42,776 bases of DNA, taken from the NCBI GenBank assembly GCA_038850285.1, contig JAWCMA010000010.1, forward strand, positions 1 through 42,776. Reading direction: 5' to 3'. Both the position numbers and the translations under genes were made by a program. The notes below the pieces were generated by a model. That model ran no database searches. It had not been told where the DNA came from and was given only the letters and a program-made list of their open reading frames with translations. Positions 25,999 through 35,300 of this stretch are shown here, piece after piece. This DNA comes from Methanocellales archaeon. GTDB taxonomy: Archaea > Halobacteriota > JAWCLZ01. The stretch's first letter is position 1; each line of letters begins with the position of its first letter.

Positions 25999-27339
25999 CT
26001 AACGCCTTGCAATTCTACTTGCAATTAAAAGCCCAACTGTAACTATTGAGATAACCAATGCGCTGATTAAATTGATATCTACCTCTCTTTTTCTTGAGAA
26101 AAACAATATTTCATCTGAAGTGAGATTAAGCTGCTTTACCTCGCCATTTATATATAAGGTATAATCACCTGCTTGCAAGCCATAAAAAGTTATATTGCTA
26201 GCAAGTGCTTTTGCTACGAGTTCTTCTCCCTGCATTATTCTTATATTTACTTTTTCACCAGCTATGATCTTCAAATTAACATAGCTTCGCAGTGGAATTG
26301 CTTTTCCATCTGCATAAATAGGTAATTCAAGGATATCAAGTGCGCTTAAAATCGAGGGAGCTATATCTCTTTGCTCGCGAATATCGAATATCAATTTACT
26401 TTCAATACCTGGGAAATATATTATAAAGGGAATTCTCTGGCTCTCGATAAAGCCTCTATACTTATCTGAGGCATGCCCCCCTTTTGAGCTAGTTGTGGAA
26501 AATTTCATCCCGTGGTCCGAGGTAATGAATAATGCTAAGTTATTGCGAGCACAGGTTTCATAGAGCTCTGGTAGAAGTGCATCTAGTTTTTCTATTACCT
26601 CGACATATCGCACTGCATCATAAGCGTGGGCTGCTTGGTCCACGCCACCTGCGTTTATTGTTATAAAAAATTTTTGACCCGCGTAATTATTCACCATATA
26701 GTTTGCAATTAAGTTTGCACTTTCCACTGCCCAGCGATTATATTGTACGTACTTCTCAGTATCCTTTTCCACTTCCAGGTAACTAGGTAATTTCTCCATC
26801 AATTTGAGCATGTAATTCGCCAGTGGAGTTTCAAGCTTTTTCTTAAATTCAAGCGAGGGATTATCTATGGAATTTGAGGAATCATAAATCGCTAGATCTT
26901 GCTTTGCTATTATATTTTCAAAATCGCCCTTCTGCATAATTGCAATGCAGAGATATCCCTGGCTGTGCAATATATCAAAAATTGAAGCTTGTTCATAGCT
27001 TAATATTTCCACATCAGCTTGGGAATAGCCTGAGGCGATTATAGCATGCCCCCTTCGAGTATCTGGCTCGAGAGCACGTATATCATGAACCAGTACTCCT
27101 TTATTTGCGATGTTTGAGAGATTATCCATGCGTGCTTTCCCCAGTTCCATGCCCTTAAAATCGAGCGGGGTGTGGTTATAGGTTGAGAGATAGCTGGATC
27201 CCATTCCATCAACTATGAGCAATATCGCCCCATTTTTCTTTTCAATGCTGTGCAAAAAACATTCCTCGCCACCTGCAACTTGCGCAGCAGTGGCGAAAGC
27301 GAGGAGGATGAGTATAAATACTGCGAAGAGCTTTCTCAT
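25999..27339 (-). CDS. Secreted, C-terminally anchored alkaline phosphatase superfamily enzyme
   Basis: Signal peptide. Metal motifs IVDG, DTRRGH (Thr nucleophile position), DQAAH, TSDHG, GGH, QRDIAPSI. C-terminal TM followed by RIARR. Confidence 0.82.
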   Translation of the reverse strand: MRKLFAVFILILLAFATAAQVAGGEECFLHSIEKKNGAILLIVDGMGSSYLSTYNHTPLDFKGMELGKARMDNLSNIANKGVLVHDIRALEPDTRRGHAIIASGYSQADVEILSYEQASIFDILHSQGYLCIAIMQKGDFENIIAKQDLAIYDSSNSIDNPSLEFKKKLETPLANYMLKLMEKLPSYLEVEKDTEKYVQYNRWAVESANLIANYMVNNYAGQKFFITINAGGVDQAAHAYDAVRYVEVIEKLDALLPELYETCARNNLALFITSDHGMKFSTTSSKGGHASDKYRGFIESQRIPFIIYFPGIESKLIFDIREQRDIAPSILSALDILELPIYADGKAIPLRSYVNLKIIAGEKVNIRIMQGEELVAKALASNITFYGLQAGDYTLYINGEVKQLNLTSDEILFFSRKREVDINLISALVISIVTVGLLIASRIARR

Positions 27340-27383
27340 AAGCTTGCATCAAGAATATGAAAATAAATAGCTTTTGCATGCAG

Positions 27384-28241
27384 TTAAATGTAAAAAACTG
27401 AGCTGGCCATGAATCCAATTAGCCCTAGAAGAATAGCCAGCAGTGTTATTCCTCTCATTTTTCCAGCAGTGCTCGATTTTCGCAGTAAATTGTATGAAGC
27501 ATAGATGAATAATAGGTCTGAGGGAACTATGAAAATGAGGTAAGATTCATTATAAAAATAACTCGTGTTTGGGTAGAAATATGGAATTAAACTGAGAGCT
27601 ACTGCGATTAAATAGAAAGCACTTGAGATCTGAGTAGCTCTTATCTCGCCATATACCCTAGCTATGCTTTTCACGCCTCGCAGTTTATCACCCTCGATAT
27701 CCATTGCCCCTTTCATTATCTCGCGTCCCAGGCCTGAGAGAAATGCAATTGAGGCAAGTAGCAATAAAATAGATGGCAGTTTATTCGAGATTGCTCCACC
27801 AAATATGAAAGGAATTGCCATTGAATAGGCAATATAAATATTTCCAAAAAACCCAGTTTCCTTTAACTTCAGGTCATAAAAAATGCCAAATAGAGCTGAA
27901 AGTAGTGCTATGGAGAAGCAAAGCCAGTTTAAAAAAAATGAAGCTAAGACTCCCAGCGGTGTTGATATAAACGCTATAGCAAGCGCTGTCTCAAGCGTTA
28001 AATCTCCTCTTACCAGCGGGCGATCAAATCGCTTGTTCGCTCTATCCACTTCTAAATCAAAGTAGTCATTTAAAGCAAAAGTACCTGCTTGGATCAAAAT
28101 CGCGGTGAGAGCGCCAAAAAAAGCATTGTAAGGTGTTAAAAACGAGGAATCTGCAATAATAATTCCAATGATAACCCCAAGGGCCAACATTAATCCATGC
28201 TCAAGCCTAGTGAGCTGCCATATGGCTGCTATTTTTCTCAT
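27384..28241 (-). CDS. UbiA-family prenyltransferase, probably digeranylgeranylglyceryl phosphate synthase
   Basis: NDYFDLEVDRANKRFDRPLVRG, GREIMKGAMDIEGD, multiple TM segments. Confidence 0.88.
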   Translation of the reverse strand: MRKIAAIWQLTRLEHGLMLALGVIIGIIIADSSFLTPYNAFFGALTAILIQAGTFALNDYFDLEVDRANKRFDRPLVRGDLTLETALAIAFISTPLGVLASFFLNWLCFSIALLSALFGIFYDLKLKETGFFGNIYIAYSMAIPFIFGGAISNKLPSILLLLASIAFLSGLGREIMKGAMDIEGDKLRGVKSIARVYGEIRATQISSAFYLIAVALSLIPYFYPNTSYFYNESYLIFIVPSDLLFIYASYNLLRKSSTAGKMRGITLLAILLGLIGFMASSVFYI

Positions 28242-28258
28242 CACTGAATCAGCCTTGA

Positions 28259-28705
28259 TTATAAATCGAATTTTACCTCTAGTTTAAATAGCTTCTTCGC
28301 GGGGAGATTCAGCACTTCTTTTATCCCCGTGCGCTTCTTTATTTCTTCAACGGTTTGCTTCAAACTTTTTTCATCTCTAGCTGCTAAAGTGAACCATATA
28401 TTGTAGTAATGCCTCCTTACATAGTTATGTGAAACACCTTCATATGAATCGATTATCTCCGCCACCTTCTCAATTTTATCCTCTGGAACCCTCATTGCCA
28501 CAAGCGTAGTTTTAAGCCCGAGCTTTTTAGGATTAATTATGGGTCTAAACTGGCGAATTTTTCCGCTTTTGTGCAATCGCTTAACTCTCTCAATCACTTC
28601 CTCTTCTTCTATTCCAATTCGCTCGCCAATTGCCTTGAATGGCTTCTCAACTAAGGGAAGCTCGATTTGAAGTATCGATAGAATCACTCTATCAATTTTA
28701 TCCAT
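28259..28705 (-). CDS. ahbA: Siroheme decarboxylase alpha subunit (AhbA/NirD-like, Lrp/AsnC fold)
   Basis: MDKIDRVILSILQIELPLVEKPF, TLVAMRVP, GVSHNYVRRHYYNIWFT, LPAKKLFKLEVKF. Confidence 0.82.
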   Translation of the reverse strand: MDKIDRVILSILQIELPLVEKPFKAIGERIGIEEEEVIERVKRLHKSGKIRQFRPIINPKKLGLKTTLVAMRVPEDKIEKVAEIIDSYEGVSHNYVRRHYYNIWFTLAARDEKSLKQTVEEIKKRTGIKEVLNLPAKKLFKLEVKFDL

Positions 28706-28765
28706 GCTGAAAGATATATCTATAGAGTTCAAGAAATATCTTTTGAAGTTAAAATTAAAAATGAA

Positions 28766-28807
28766 ATTAAATATTAAATATTAAATATTAAATATTAAAT
28801 ATTAAAT
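28766..28807. repeat. Perfect tandem repeat (ATTAAAT)x6 in a divergent promoter region
   Basis: Units start at 28766, 28773, 28780, 28787, 28794 and 28801. The array ends 5 nt before the ATG at 28813. Confidence 0.93.
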
Positions 28808-28812
28808 ATAAT

Positions 28813-29979
28813 ATGAACCCCTTATCAAATTACATTAAAAGACGCAGAGTAATACGCACTCTGCGGGAACTAGTGAAGGTAAATACGGAAAATCCCCCTG
28901 GACTTGAGGGGAATATCGTTGTTCCTCTGGGAGATCTACTTAAGGATCTGGGTGCGGATGTTGAGCTTCAAGAGGTGATGAAAAATAGACCTAATGTAAT
29001 CGCTAGCTTGGGAGATAGAAATTCGAGGCGATCTATCATTCTATGCACCCATACTGATGTTGTACCCACTGGAGATGTAAGAAGATGGCGCTTCCCGCCT
29101 TTTTCAGGTAGAGTTTCTAGGCACAGGGTCTATGGACGCGGAGCTTGCGATGCTAAAGGTGCTCTGGCCGCGATGATTGAGGCAATGCGTGCATTTGCAG
29201 ATAGCAATTTGGAGGGAAGAGTAATGCTCGCTGCTGTAATGGGCGAGGAAGATGCTGAATCTAAAGGAGCAAGGCACGCGCTAGAATTGGGATTAAAGGG
29301 CAACTGTGCTATAATTGGGGAGCCCACGAATTTGCGGGTGGAAACTGCCCATAAAGGTGGAATTAGACCGAGAATCACGGTATATGGAAGAGCAGCCCAC
29401 GCAAGCAGCCCTGAGAGGGGTATCAATGCTATTAAAGAGATGATGAAATTAATTAGAGCACTTGAGAAACACGCTAGAGAAGTACGCCGCAGAAAGCATC
29501 CACTACTTGGAGGGGCCTCTTTAACAGTGACCCTTATCAAAGGGGGTGATAGAATAAATGTCATTCCTGAGGAGTGTTCAATTCATATCGATCGAAGGCT
29601 GATTCCAGGGGAAACCCCTGAAGCAGCGAAGGAGGAGTTAAAGAACACAGTAGAGCAAATTATTCATAAATTGAAAATAAAGGCTGAGGTGAAAATTGAG
29701 ACAAAATATCCTCCCGCTGAGGTTAGCGAGAGCGAGTTAATAGTGAAGCTTGCTAGAGAGGCAGCGGAGGAAATAACTGGGGTGAAGCAAAAGCCAAGCG
29801 GCTTTAAAGCAGGCTGTGATATGTGGGTATTCACGAAAAATGGCATTCCAGCGGTTATTCTTGGCCCTGGAAGTTTGAATGAAGCTCATACCATAAATGA
29901 ATTCGTGGAAATCGATCAGGTTTTAAACTGCGCTAGGATTTACTCTCAAATAATAGAAAAAAGTTTGAGAGCGAACTAA
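28813..29979 (+). CDS. M20 family metallopeptidase/deacylase (ArgE/DapE-like)
   Basis: HTDVVP, GRGACDAKG, GEE, IIGEPT, GRAAHAS, NVIP, GPG...AHTINE. Confidence 0.92.
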   Translation: MNPLSNYIKRRRVIRTLRELVKVNTENPPGLEGNIVVPLGDLLKDLGADVELQEVMKNRPNVIASLGDRNSRRSIILCTHTDVVPTGDVRRWRFPPFSGRVSRHRVYGRGACDAKGALAAMIEAMRAFADSNLEGRVMLAAVMGEEDAESKGARHALELGLKGNCAIIGEPTNLRVETAHKGGIRPRITVYGRAAHASSPERGINAIKEMMKLIRALEKHAREVRRRKHPLLGGASLTVTLIKGGDRINVIPEECSIHIDRRLIPGETPEAAKEELKNTVEQIIHKLKIKAEVKIETKYPPAEVSESELIVKLAREAAEEITGVKQKPSGFKAGCDMWVFTKNGIPAVILGPGSLNEAHTINEFVEIDQVLNCARIYSQIIEKSLRAN

Positions 29980-30149
29980 CTCTTCTTATGCTTAATTTCT
30001 TCTTTTTTCACCCTCCAAACGTGGGGTGTGGTGCGGCAGGTTGGACATTCATAATATTCATACTTTTCATCTTCCTTAACCTTCTTCGTTACCTCTCCCG
30101 TATAGCCACATTTAGGGCATTGCAGGCGTAAAACCAATTTAACCACCAT
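29976..30149 (-). CDS. Small CPxCG-type zinc-ribbon protein (~57 aa)
   Basis: CPKCG...CPTC pair. 4-nt convergent overlap with the M20 gene. Confidence 0.7.
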   Translation of the reverse strand: MVVKLVLRLQCPKCGYTGEVTKKVKEDEKYEYYECPTCRTTPHVWRVKKEEIKHKKS

Positions 30150-30215
30150 GTATGAATGCAATGAATATATTTAAATATGTTTCAAGGCAAGTGAACTTTG
30201 AATTCAGGTGAGATT

Positions 30216-30896
30216 ATGAAAATCACTTGGCTTGGACACGCTGCATTTGAATTAACTGGGAAGAAGCGCATATTGATTGATCCATTTATATCTGGAAATC
30301 CCTTAGCACCGAGGAAAATTGAAGATATTAAGCCAGAGATCATAGCCATAACCCACGGCCACGGAGACCACCTTGGTGATACCATAGGGATTGCAAAGCG
30401 GAATAAAGCCTTAGCGGTTGCAATTCACGAGATCGCTTGCTACCTTCAAGCAAGAGGAGTGGAAGCAGTTGGTATGAATATGGGGGGATCGATAGACCTA
30501 GGAGTGAAAATTACCATGGTGCCGGCTTGGCACTCCTCAGGCATTGATGAAGCTAATTTAAGCTTCAGCGGTGGTACAGCCTGCGGCTATATCATCGAAG
30601 ACGGGGTTAAAATTTATCACGCTGGCGATACTGCGCTTTTCAGCGATATGAAGTTAATAGGTGAAGTCTATCATCCTGAGATCGCATTGCTTCCAATTGG
30701 TAATCGATTCACGATGAATGCACAAACTGCTGCAATAGCAGTTAGCTGGATAAAGCCGGAGATTGCGATTCCCATGCATTACAATACCTTTCCATTAATT
30801 GCTCAAGATCCAGAGAAATTCGCAGCACTTGTCAGGGAGAAAAGTCCTGAAACGAGAGTTGTGATTTTAAAGCCAGGGGAGATGTTTGAATATTGA
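30216..30896 (+). CDS. UPF0173 metallo-beta-lactamase-fold hydrolase
   Basis: MKITWLGHAAF, IDPF, THGHGDH, AWHSS, YHAGDT, PMHYNTF. SD AGGTGA. Confidence 0.93.
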   Translation: MKITWLGHAAFELTGKKRILIDPFISGNPLAPRKIEDIKPEIIAITHGHGDHLGDTIGIAKRNKALAVAIHEIACYLQARGVEAVGMNMGGSIDLGVKITMVPAWHSSGIDEANLSFSGGTACGYIIEDGVKIYHAGDTALFSDMKLIGEVYHPEIALLPIGNRFTMNAQTAAIAVSWIKPEIAIPMHYNTFPLIAQDPEKFAALVREKSPETRVVILKPGEMFEY

Positions 30897-31449
30897 TATT
30901 GATATTTTGCTTAATAAAGGTGAAGCTATTGCGATCTCTCTGAAGGCGGGGGATAGAATAAAAATAGCTTGCTTAAACAGCGGCCAACTAGCTGATTTGG
31001 TTTTCCCTTTATACCATCAAGGGCTAACGCTTGATAGACTGGGGAGATTTATAATTAGAAAAGGTGATTTGCTTTATAATTCGAGGGAAGAAGCTGCTTT
31101 GAGGGTGCTAGATATGCGATCAAAAGCTAGTTCTAATATAGTGTATCCAGGCTGCCGCAGCAGTTTATATGGATTTAATAAAAAAGGATGCAGGGAGTTG
31201 CTTGCTCAAGCATTGAAGGTTTCAGTTGAAAATCTCCCTAGCACAATTAATCTATTCATGGATTTTGAAATCGATCTCGAGAGCTATGCCTTCAAGCCTG
31301 CTGTTACTAGAGCAGAGAATGGCGATTTTGTAGAATTTGAAGCGCTGGTTAATTTGGAAATTGCAATTGCAGCTTGCCCCTGCGAGGAGCTTTCCCAACC
31401 TAATGGAAAAATAGCCATTGAGGTTATTCATGAGGGTGAAAATAGATAG
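30886..31449 (+). CDS. Divergent DUF1989 (urea/guanidine carboxylase-associated, CgdAB-like) protein
   Basis: LKAGDRIKI...GQLADL, GDLLY, PGC, GCRELL, INLFM, GDFVEFEA...AACP. Confidence 0.78.
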   Translation: MNIDIDILLNKGEAIAISLKAGDRIKIACLNSGQLADLVFPLYHQGLTLDRLGRFIIRKGDLLYNSREEAALRVLDMRSKASSNIVYPGCRSSLYGFNKKGCRELLAQALKVSVENLPSTINLFMDFEIDLESYAFKPAVTRAENGDFVEFEALVNLEIAIAACPCEELSQPNGKIAIEVIHEGENR

Positions 31450-32413
31450 AGAGCAATGCTTTAAACTTGCAAGAGCTATTAAAGGCTTTAAGTTTAAAGT
31501 TGATGAATTCAAAGATCCATTGCTATTTCCACCTCACCACGCCTCGCCTGAGGAAGCTGCAAATTTTTTCTTTTTCATGGTGGCAATTGATCATAGAACG
31601 CGTTTAAAATTTGAGGGGGTAATCGAGGGCAAAAAACTCCACGGCTCTGAGTTGCTCTATGCACTCGCGAGGAGGCGAATGGAGTATTTCACTGCTGAGA
31701 AGATGAAAAGTATTTCAAAAGAGGAAGTAGCAAACTGGCTATCGCTGGAGGAAAGCTCTATTCCCGATCCTGAGGTTAGAGCTATGTTGCTAAGGGATAG
31801 TGCAATTAAGCTTTTGAAGCATTACCGTGGAAGTGCACTTGAGTTAATAAAAACTGCAAATGGCTATTTAATGCGAGAAGATGGAGAGGGATTGCTTCAG
31901 CTTTTAGCTCAATTTAAGGCATATAGCGATCCCTTGAGTAAAAAGAGCTTTCTGCTGGTTAAATTTCTTGAGAGAAGAAAGCTCTTTAAAGTTATAGATA
32001 TTGAAAATCTTCACATTCCAGTGGATAATATACTTGCGAGAATTGCATTGAGAACTGGGATAATTGAAGTGATGGATGAAAAACTTAAAACCAAGCTTAA
32101 GAAAAACCTCCCTGCAAATCAAGTTGATGATCGAGAGATTAGAAGTATTGCTCAAAAAGCGTATGATATGGTATCTAAAGAATCAAGGTGTAAGGTTACT
32201 CTGCTTGATGATGTCTTCTGGACCACGGGCAGGGCTTGCTGCTCGCGGGAGAATCCAGTTTGCTTTAACTGCAGATTAGAAAGCTGCAGGGCTTCGCATT
32301 TACTTGGCATAGAATGCAAGCATAGCTGTATATTCACTGCTGGCTGCAGGGGTGCGGAGAACTTGAGCTATAGAGCATTTTTTGAGCCAAATTTTAAAAC
32401 TTGGTATTATTAA
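31430..32413 (+). CDS. HhH-superfamily N-glycosylase-like protein (Qng1/queuosine-salvage-like) with Cys-rich C-terminal Fe-S loop
   Basis: DPLSKKSFLL, IPVDNILARIALRTG, REIR, LDDVFW, then CCSRENPVCFNC...C...C...C...C. Confidence 0.65.
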   Translation: MRVKIDREQCFKLARAIKGFKFKVDEFKDPLLFPPHHASPEEAANFFFFMVAIDHRTRLKFEGVIEGKKLHGSELLYALARRRMEYFTAEKMKSISKEEVANWLSLEESSIPDPEVRAMLLRDSAIKLLKHYRGSALELIKTANGYLMREDGEGLLQLLAQFKAYSDPLSKKSFLLVKFLERRKLFKVIDIENLHIPVDNILARIALRTGIIEVMDEKLKTKLKKNLPANQVDDREIRSIAQKAYDMVSKESRCKVTLLDDVFWTTGRACCSRENPVCFNCRLESCRASHLLGIECKHSCIFTAGCRGAENLSYRAFFEPNFKTWYY

Positions 32414-33192
32414 ACTTTGGCTATGAATTCTTCAATTGCCTTGAAATAAAGCTCGGTCATTAAATCATTGTGATCCGCACCTGGGATGATTAAAAGCTTT
32501 TTATCCTTTGAAGCTAGGTTTTCATATAGCTCTTTTCCCTCTGAATAAGGTATAATGCTATCATATTCACCGTGAATAATAAGTGCTGGGATTTTAATCG
32601 CGCGTGCTTTAACTTTATTTAAGAATTCTCCATTTTCATTCAATATGAATTCTCTATCACGAGGTTTTAGGTATCTCCACCATCTGCGGAAATTATTTGC
32701 TAGCCCACTTTCTATTATAATGCCGGAGAATTCCATTTGATGGTGATAAGCGAGCTCCATAGCTGGAATGCTGCCTAAGGAGCGCCCCATTAGAAATAGT
32801 TTTTTCTCGAAGCCTTCTTTTTCAATTATCTTTTTAAATTCCCGGAGTATAGAATGGGAATCTCGAAGTAGACTTGTTATCGTGGGTGAGCCAGTGCTCA
32901 GGCCATAGCCTCTGTAACTAGCCACAAATAGATTTATGTTTCTTTGATTATAAAAATTAGCTATTTCTGAGTAGTCGCCTGGTGTTTCTCCATTTCCATG
33001 GAAATAGAGAATGGTTGGAGAACTCCTGCTTTTCCTCCAAAGGCCATAGCCAATTCGAGTTCCTTCAGCTATTTCCATATAGCTTGGGGGCTGAGAGCAG
33101 CTGGAGAAATAGAAATTGGAGTAAGCAAGGGGAAATACAAGTTCCAAAATCTCAGGGAGGTCGAGAAAAGAGAGATCAATTTCGTGGGACAT
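32410..33192 (-). CDS. Alpha/beta hydrolase
   Basis: YFHGNGE, YRGYGLSTG, nucleophile GRSLG, IIHGEYD, GADHND. Confidence 0.92.
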   Translation of the reverse strand: MSHEIDLSFLDLPEILELVFPLAYSNFYFSSCSQPPSYMEIAEGTRIGYGLWRKSRSSPTILYFHGNGETPGDYSEIANFYNQRNINLFVASYRGYGLSTGSPTITSLLRDSHSILREFKKIIEKEGFEKKLFLMGRSLGSIPAMELAYHHQMEFSGIIIESGLANNFRRWWRYLKPRDREFILNENGEFLNKVKARAIKIPALIIHGEYDSIIPYSEGKELYENLASKDKKLLIIPGADHNDLMTELYFKAIEEFIAKV

Positions 33193-33193
33193 A

Positions 33194-34033
33194 TCAAACC
33201 TTTCTCAAAATACCAATCCTCGGCTCATAGCAGCGCCCTTCATTCATTAGCTCCCTTAAAGCTCCCTCGATAGCTCTTTCATCTAAGCCACGCTGCTCTG
33301 CAGCATTGATTATTTCTTCATAGCTTGCTCCCTCACCTCTATCCAGCTCGCTGAGAATTGAATAGATAACCTCTTTATTTTTATTTGATCCCTCAATTTC
33401 AATTTCTCCAGCAAGTGATTCAAGAGCATCAATCACCATTTGCCTCAGCTTTTGAAGAGATTCCTCGCTAGTTTTATAGTGAGCAATCGCTTGAGCAATG
33501 CCACTCGCGAGTTCTTTCCTAGCTCCTCTAGTTAGTAAATAATTAACAAGGCTTTCCCCAGTTAACTTTGAATCCAGAGCTGCTTTGAGGTGATTTATCC
33601 TCTCAAGTGTTCTCTCAGCAGTTGTTAAAACCCACATGTCTCTAACTTTTGCATCCACTATATTGATCTCCTCAGGCCTAATCGTAGTATAAAATGCACC
33701 CGCTTCAGGCTCAAATATTCTGACTTTGCCTACTACAGCTAGAAAACTGGGAATTTCGACTTCAGAGAGAAAAATAGCTATATCCGGCTGAAATTGACCT
33801 GCGTATACAGCGAATGCACCCGTGGGATCAGCGATTCTAGAGCGCCAGAGTTCTTCCCCATGGCCTATATTTTCAACTTCAGTGACCACACCAACAATAT
33901 ATACTCGATTGCATTTAGCACCTGAAGGTGTAATTATGTAATTTGGAGAGAGCGCGCTACCTTCACTATATCTTAGATTAGATTGATTGAATTCCGCTGC
34001 AAAAACTCGCCAAGCAATTTCCCTCTCAGCCAC
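33194..34033 (-). CDS. RPA-associated OB-fold plus winged-helix protein (Rpa2/RPAP-like)
   Basis: Likely GTG at 34033. REIAWRVFAAEF, NRVYIVGVVTE, RIADPTGAF.VYAGQFQP, RPE, C-terminal GRCYEP wH. Confidence 0.85.
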   Translation of the reverse strand: MAEREIAWRVFAAEFNQSNLRYSEGSALSPNYIITPSGAKCNRVYIVGVVTEVENIGHGEELWRSRIADPTGAFAVYAGQFQPDIAIFLSEVEIPSFLAVVGKVRIFEPEAGAFYTTIRPEEINIVDAKVRDMWVLTTAERTLERINHLKAALDSKLTGESLVNYLLTRGARKELASGIAQAIAHYKTSEESLQKLRQMVIDALESLAGEIEIEGSNKNKEVIYSILSELDRGEGASYEEIINAAEQRGLDERAIEGALRELMNEGRCYEPRIGILRKV

Positions 34034-35300
34034 GCCTAGCCACTTCCAGTAAAAATCTTGCTTTTTCCTCGATATTAACACTTGGTATCCAAGCTTCTTT
34101 TGCAACTAACATAATACCATACTCAGTTTTACTAGCATTACCTCTTGCTGCTAGCCTCTTGCCTGTGAACTTCCGCTTAATATCCTCCTCTATTACTTCA
34201 GCGGAGAGCGCATTCATAGCAATTTCCTTGCACTTCTCCAAGCTCTGACCATATAGTTTTTCGGTTTCCTCTCTATTGAGTATAATTATGATTGCTCCAG
34301 TGCCATCATCTAAAATGGCTTTGATACGCATATCGTATTTACCCTCCACCCTTCCGTGGGCGCGGCAGATATTTTTCTGTATTACTCTATTGCAGTTTGG
34401 ACAGCGCTGAATCAGCCCTGACTCTGGTCTAATTGAGAGGATATCTCCTTCAACTATGATATCAAATGCTCCTTCTTTACTTACCACTTTTTCTAGACGC
34501 ATAATTTCCTTGGAAATTCCTATTTCTAGATCTGGAATTCGAGTTATAACCGTGGCTTCATTGATGTTAATAGCAGGCAATCCTTGGAATTTCTTCACAT
34601 TTACATTTTCAAGTTTCACAGTGGCATCTTTAACTATTTCAGCTTCTGGAATCCAGCAGGTAAATGGTAACTTCGATGTTTCATCGGCAATAATACCAGT
34701 GATAACTATTTTCTTATTCTGCTTAACTAAGATCTCCTGCTGCTTCACCTCTAGTATCTTTCCTATTACCGTGATATTTCTATCCCCCTCCTTCACCTCA
34801 GCTAGTTTTTTAATCTGCTCAGAAACGGGTGAGAGCTGAGGCAAATGGTCTGGCATTATTTCCACCCTAGCACGCTCGCCAAAGTTAAGTTCCATATTTC
34901 CTTTGAATTCACGTATATAGGCATTTGAGATCTTCACCACATTGCCTCTCTTCAAATCAAAATCCCGCCAAGCGGTGAATCGCATTGCCCTGGTTTCATC
35001 ACCGATCAAGCCATAGAAAATAGTTTTTTCCACAGCTCCAATTTTAACATTTTTACTCCCTATATCCAAAATCTTAACTATAACTTCCACATTTTTATCC
35101 GTCGACCTTAAATCCTTAAGCTTCTTAGCAATCACTTGCCTTGCAGTACCACCATATTTTCTAATTATAGTGCGCTTGGCTTCTTCTATTGGAACATTGT
35201 ATTCAAAAAGGAGTATCTTTAAGTCCCCTAGGATTTTTTCTTCATCAACACTTCCCAACGCCCTTTTTATTTCTTCGAGATGGGGCGAGATATCTTCCAT
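34026..35300 (-). CDS. rpa: Replication protein A (three OB folds plus zinc finger)
   Basis: OB motifs GLIGDET...FTAW and GIIADET...FTCW. Zinc finger SGLIQRCPNCNR...CRAHG, RIKAILDDGTG. Confidence 0.9.
   Translation of the reverse strand: MEDISPHLEEIKRALGSVDEEKILGDLKILLFEYNVPIEEAKRTIIRKYGGTARQVIAKKLKDLRSTDKNVEVIVKILDIGSKNVKIGAVEKTIFYGLIGDETRAMRFTAWRDFDLKRGNVVKISNAYIREFKGNMELNFGERARVEIMPDHLPQLSPVSEQIKKLAEVKEGDRNITVIGKILEVKQQEILVKQNKKIVITGIIADETSKLPFTCWIPEAEIVKDATVKLENVNVKKFQGLPAININEATVITRIPDLEIGISKEIMRLEKVVSKEGAFDIIVEGDILSIRPESGLIQRCPNCNRVIQKNICRAHGRVEGKYDMRIKAILDDGTGAIIIILNREETEKLYGQSLEKCKEIAMNALSAEVIEEDIKRKFTGKRLAARGNASKTEYGIMLVAKEAWIPSVNIEEKARFLLEVARRG

Noticed and set aside
24261-28807. 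CRISPR array suggested by the short repeats
   Set aside because: Units are 7-12 nt, directly tandem, have no spacers, and there are no cas genes.
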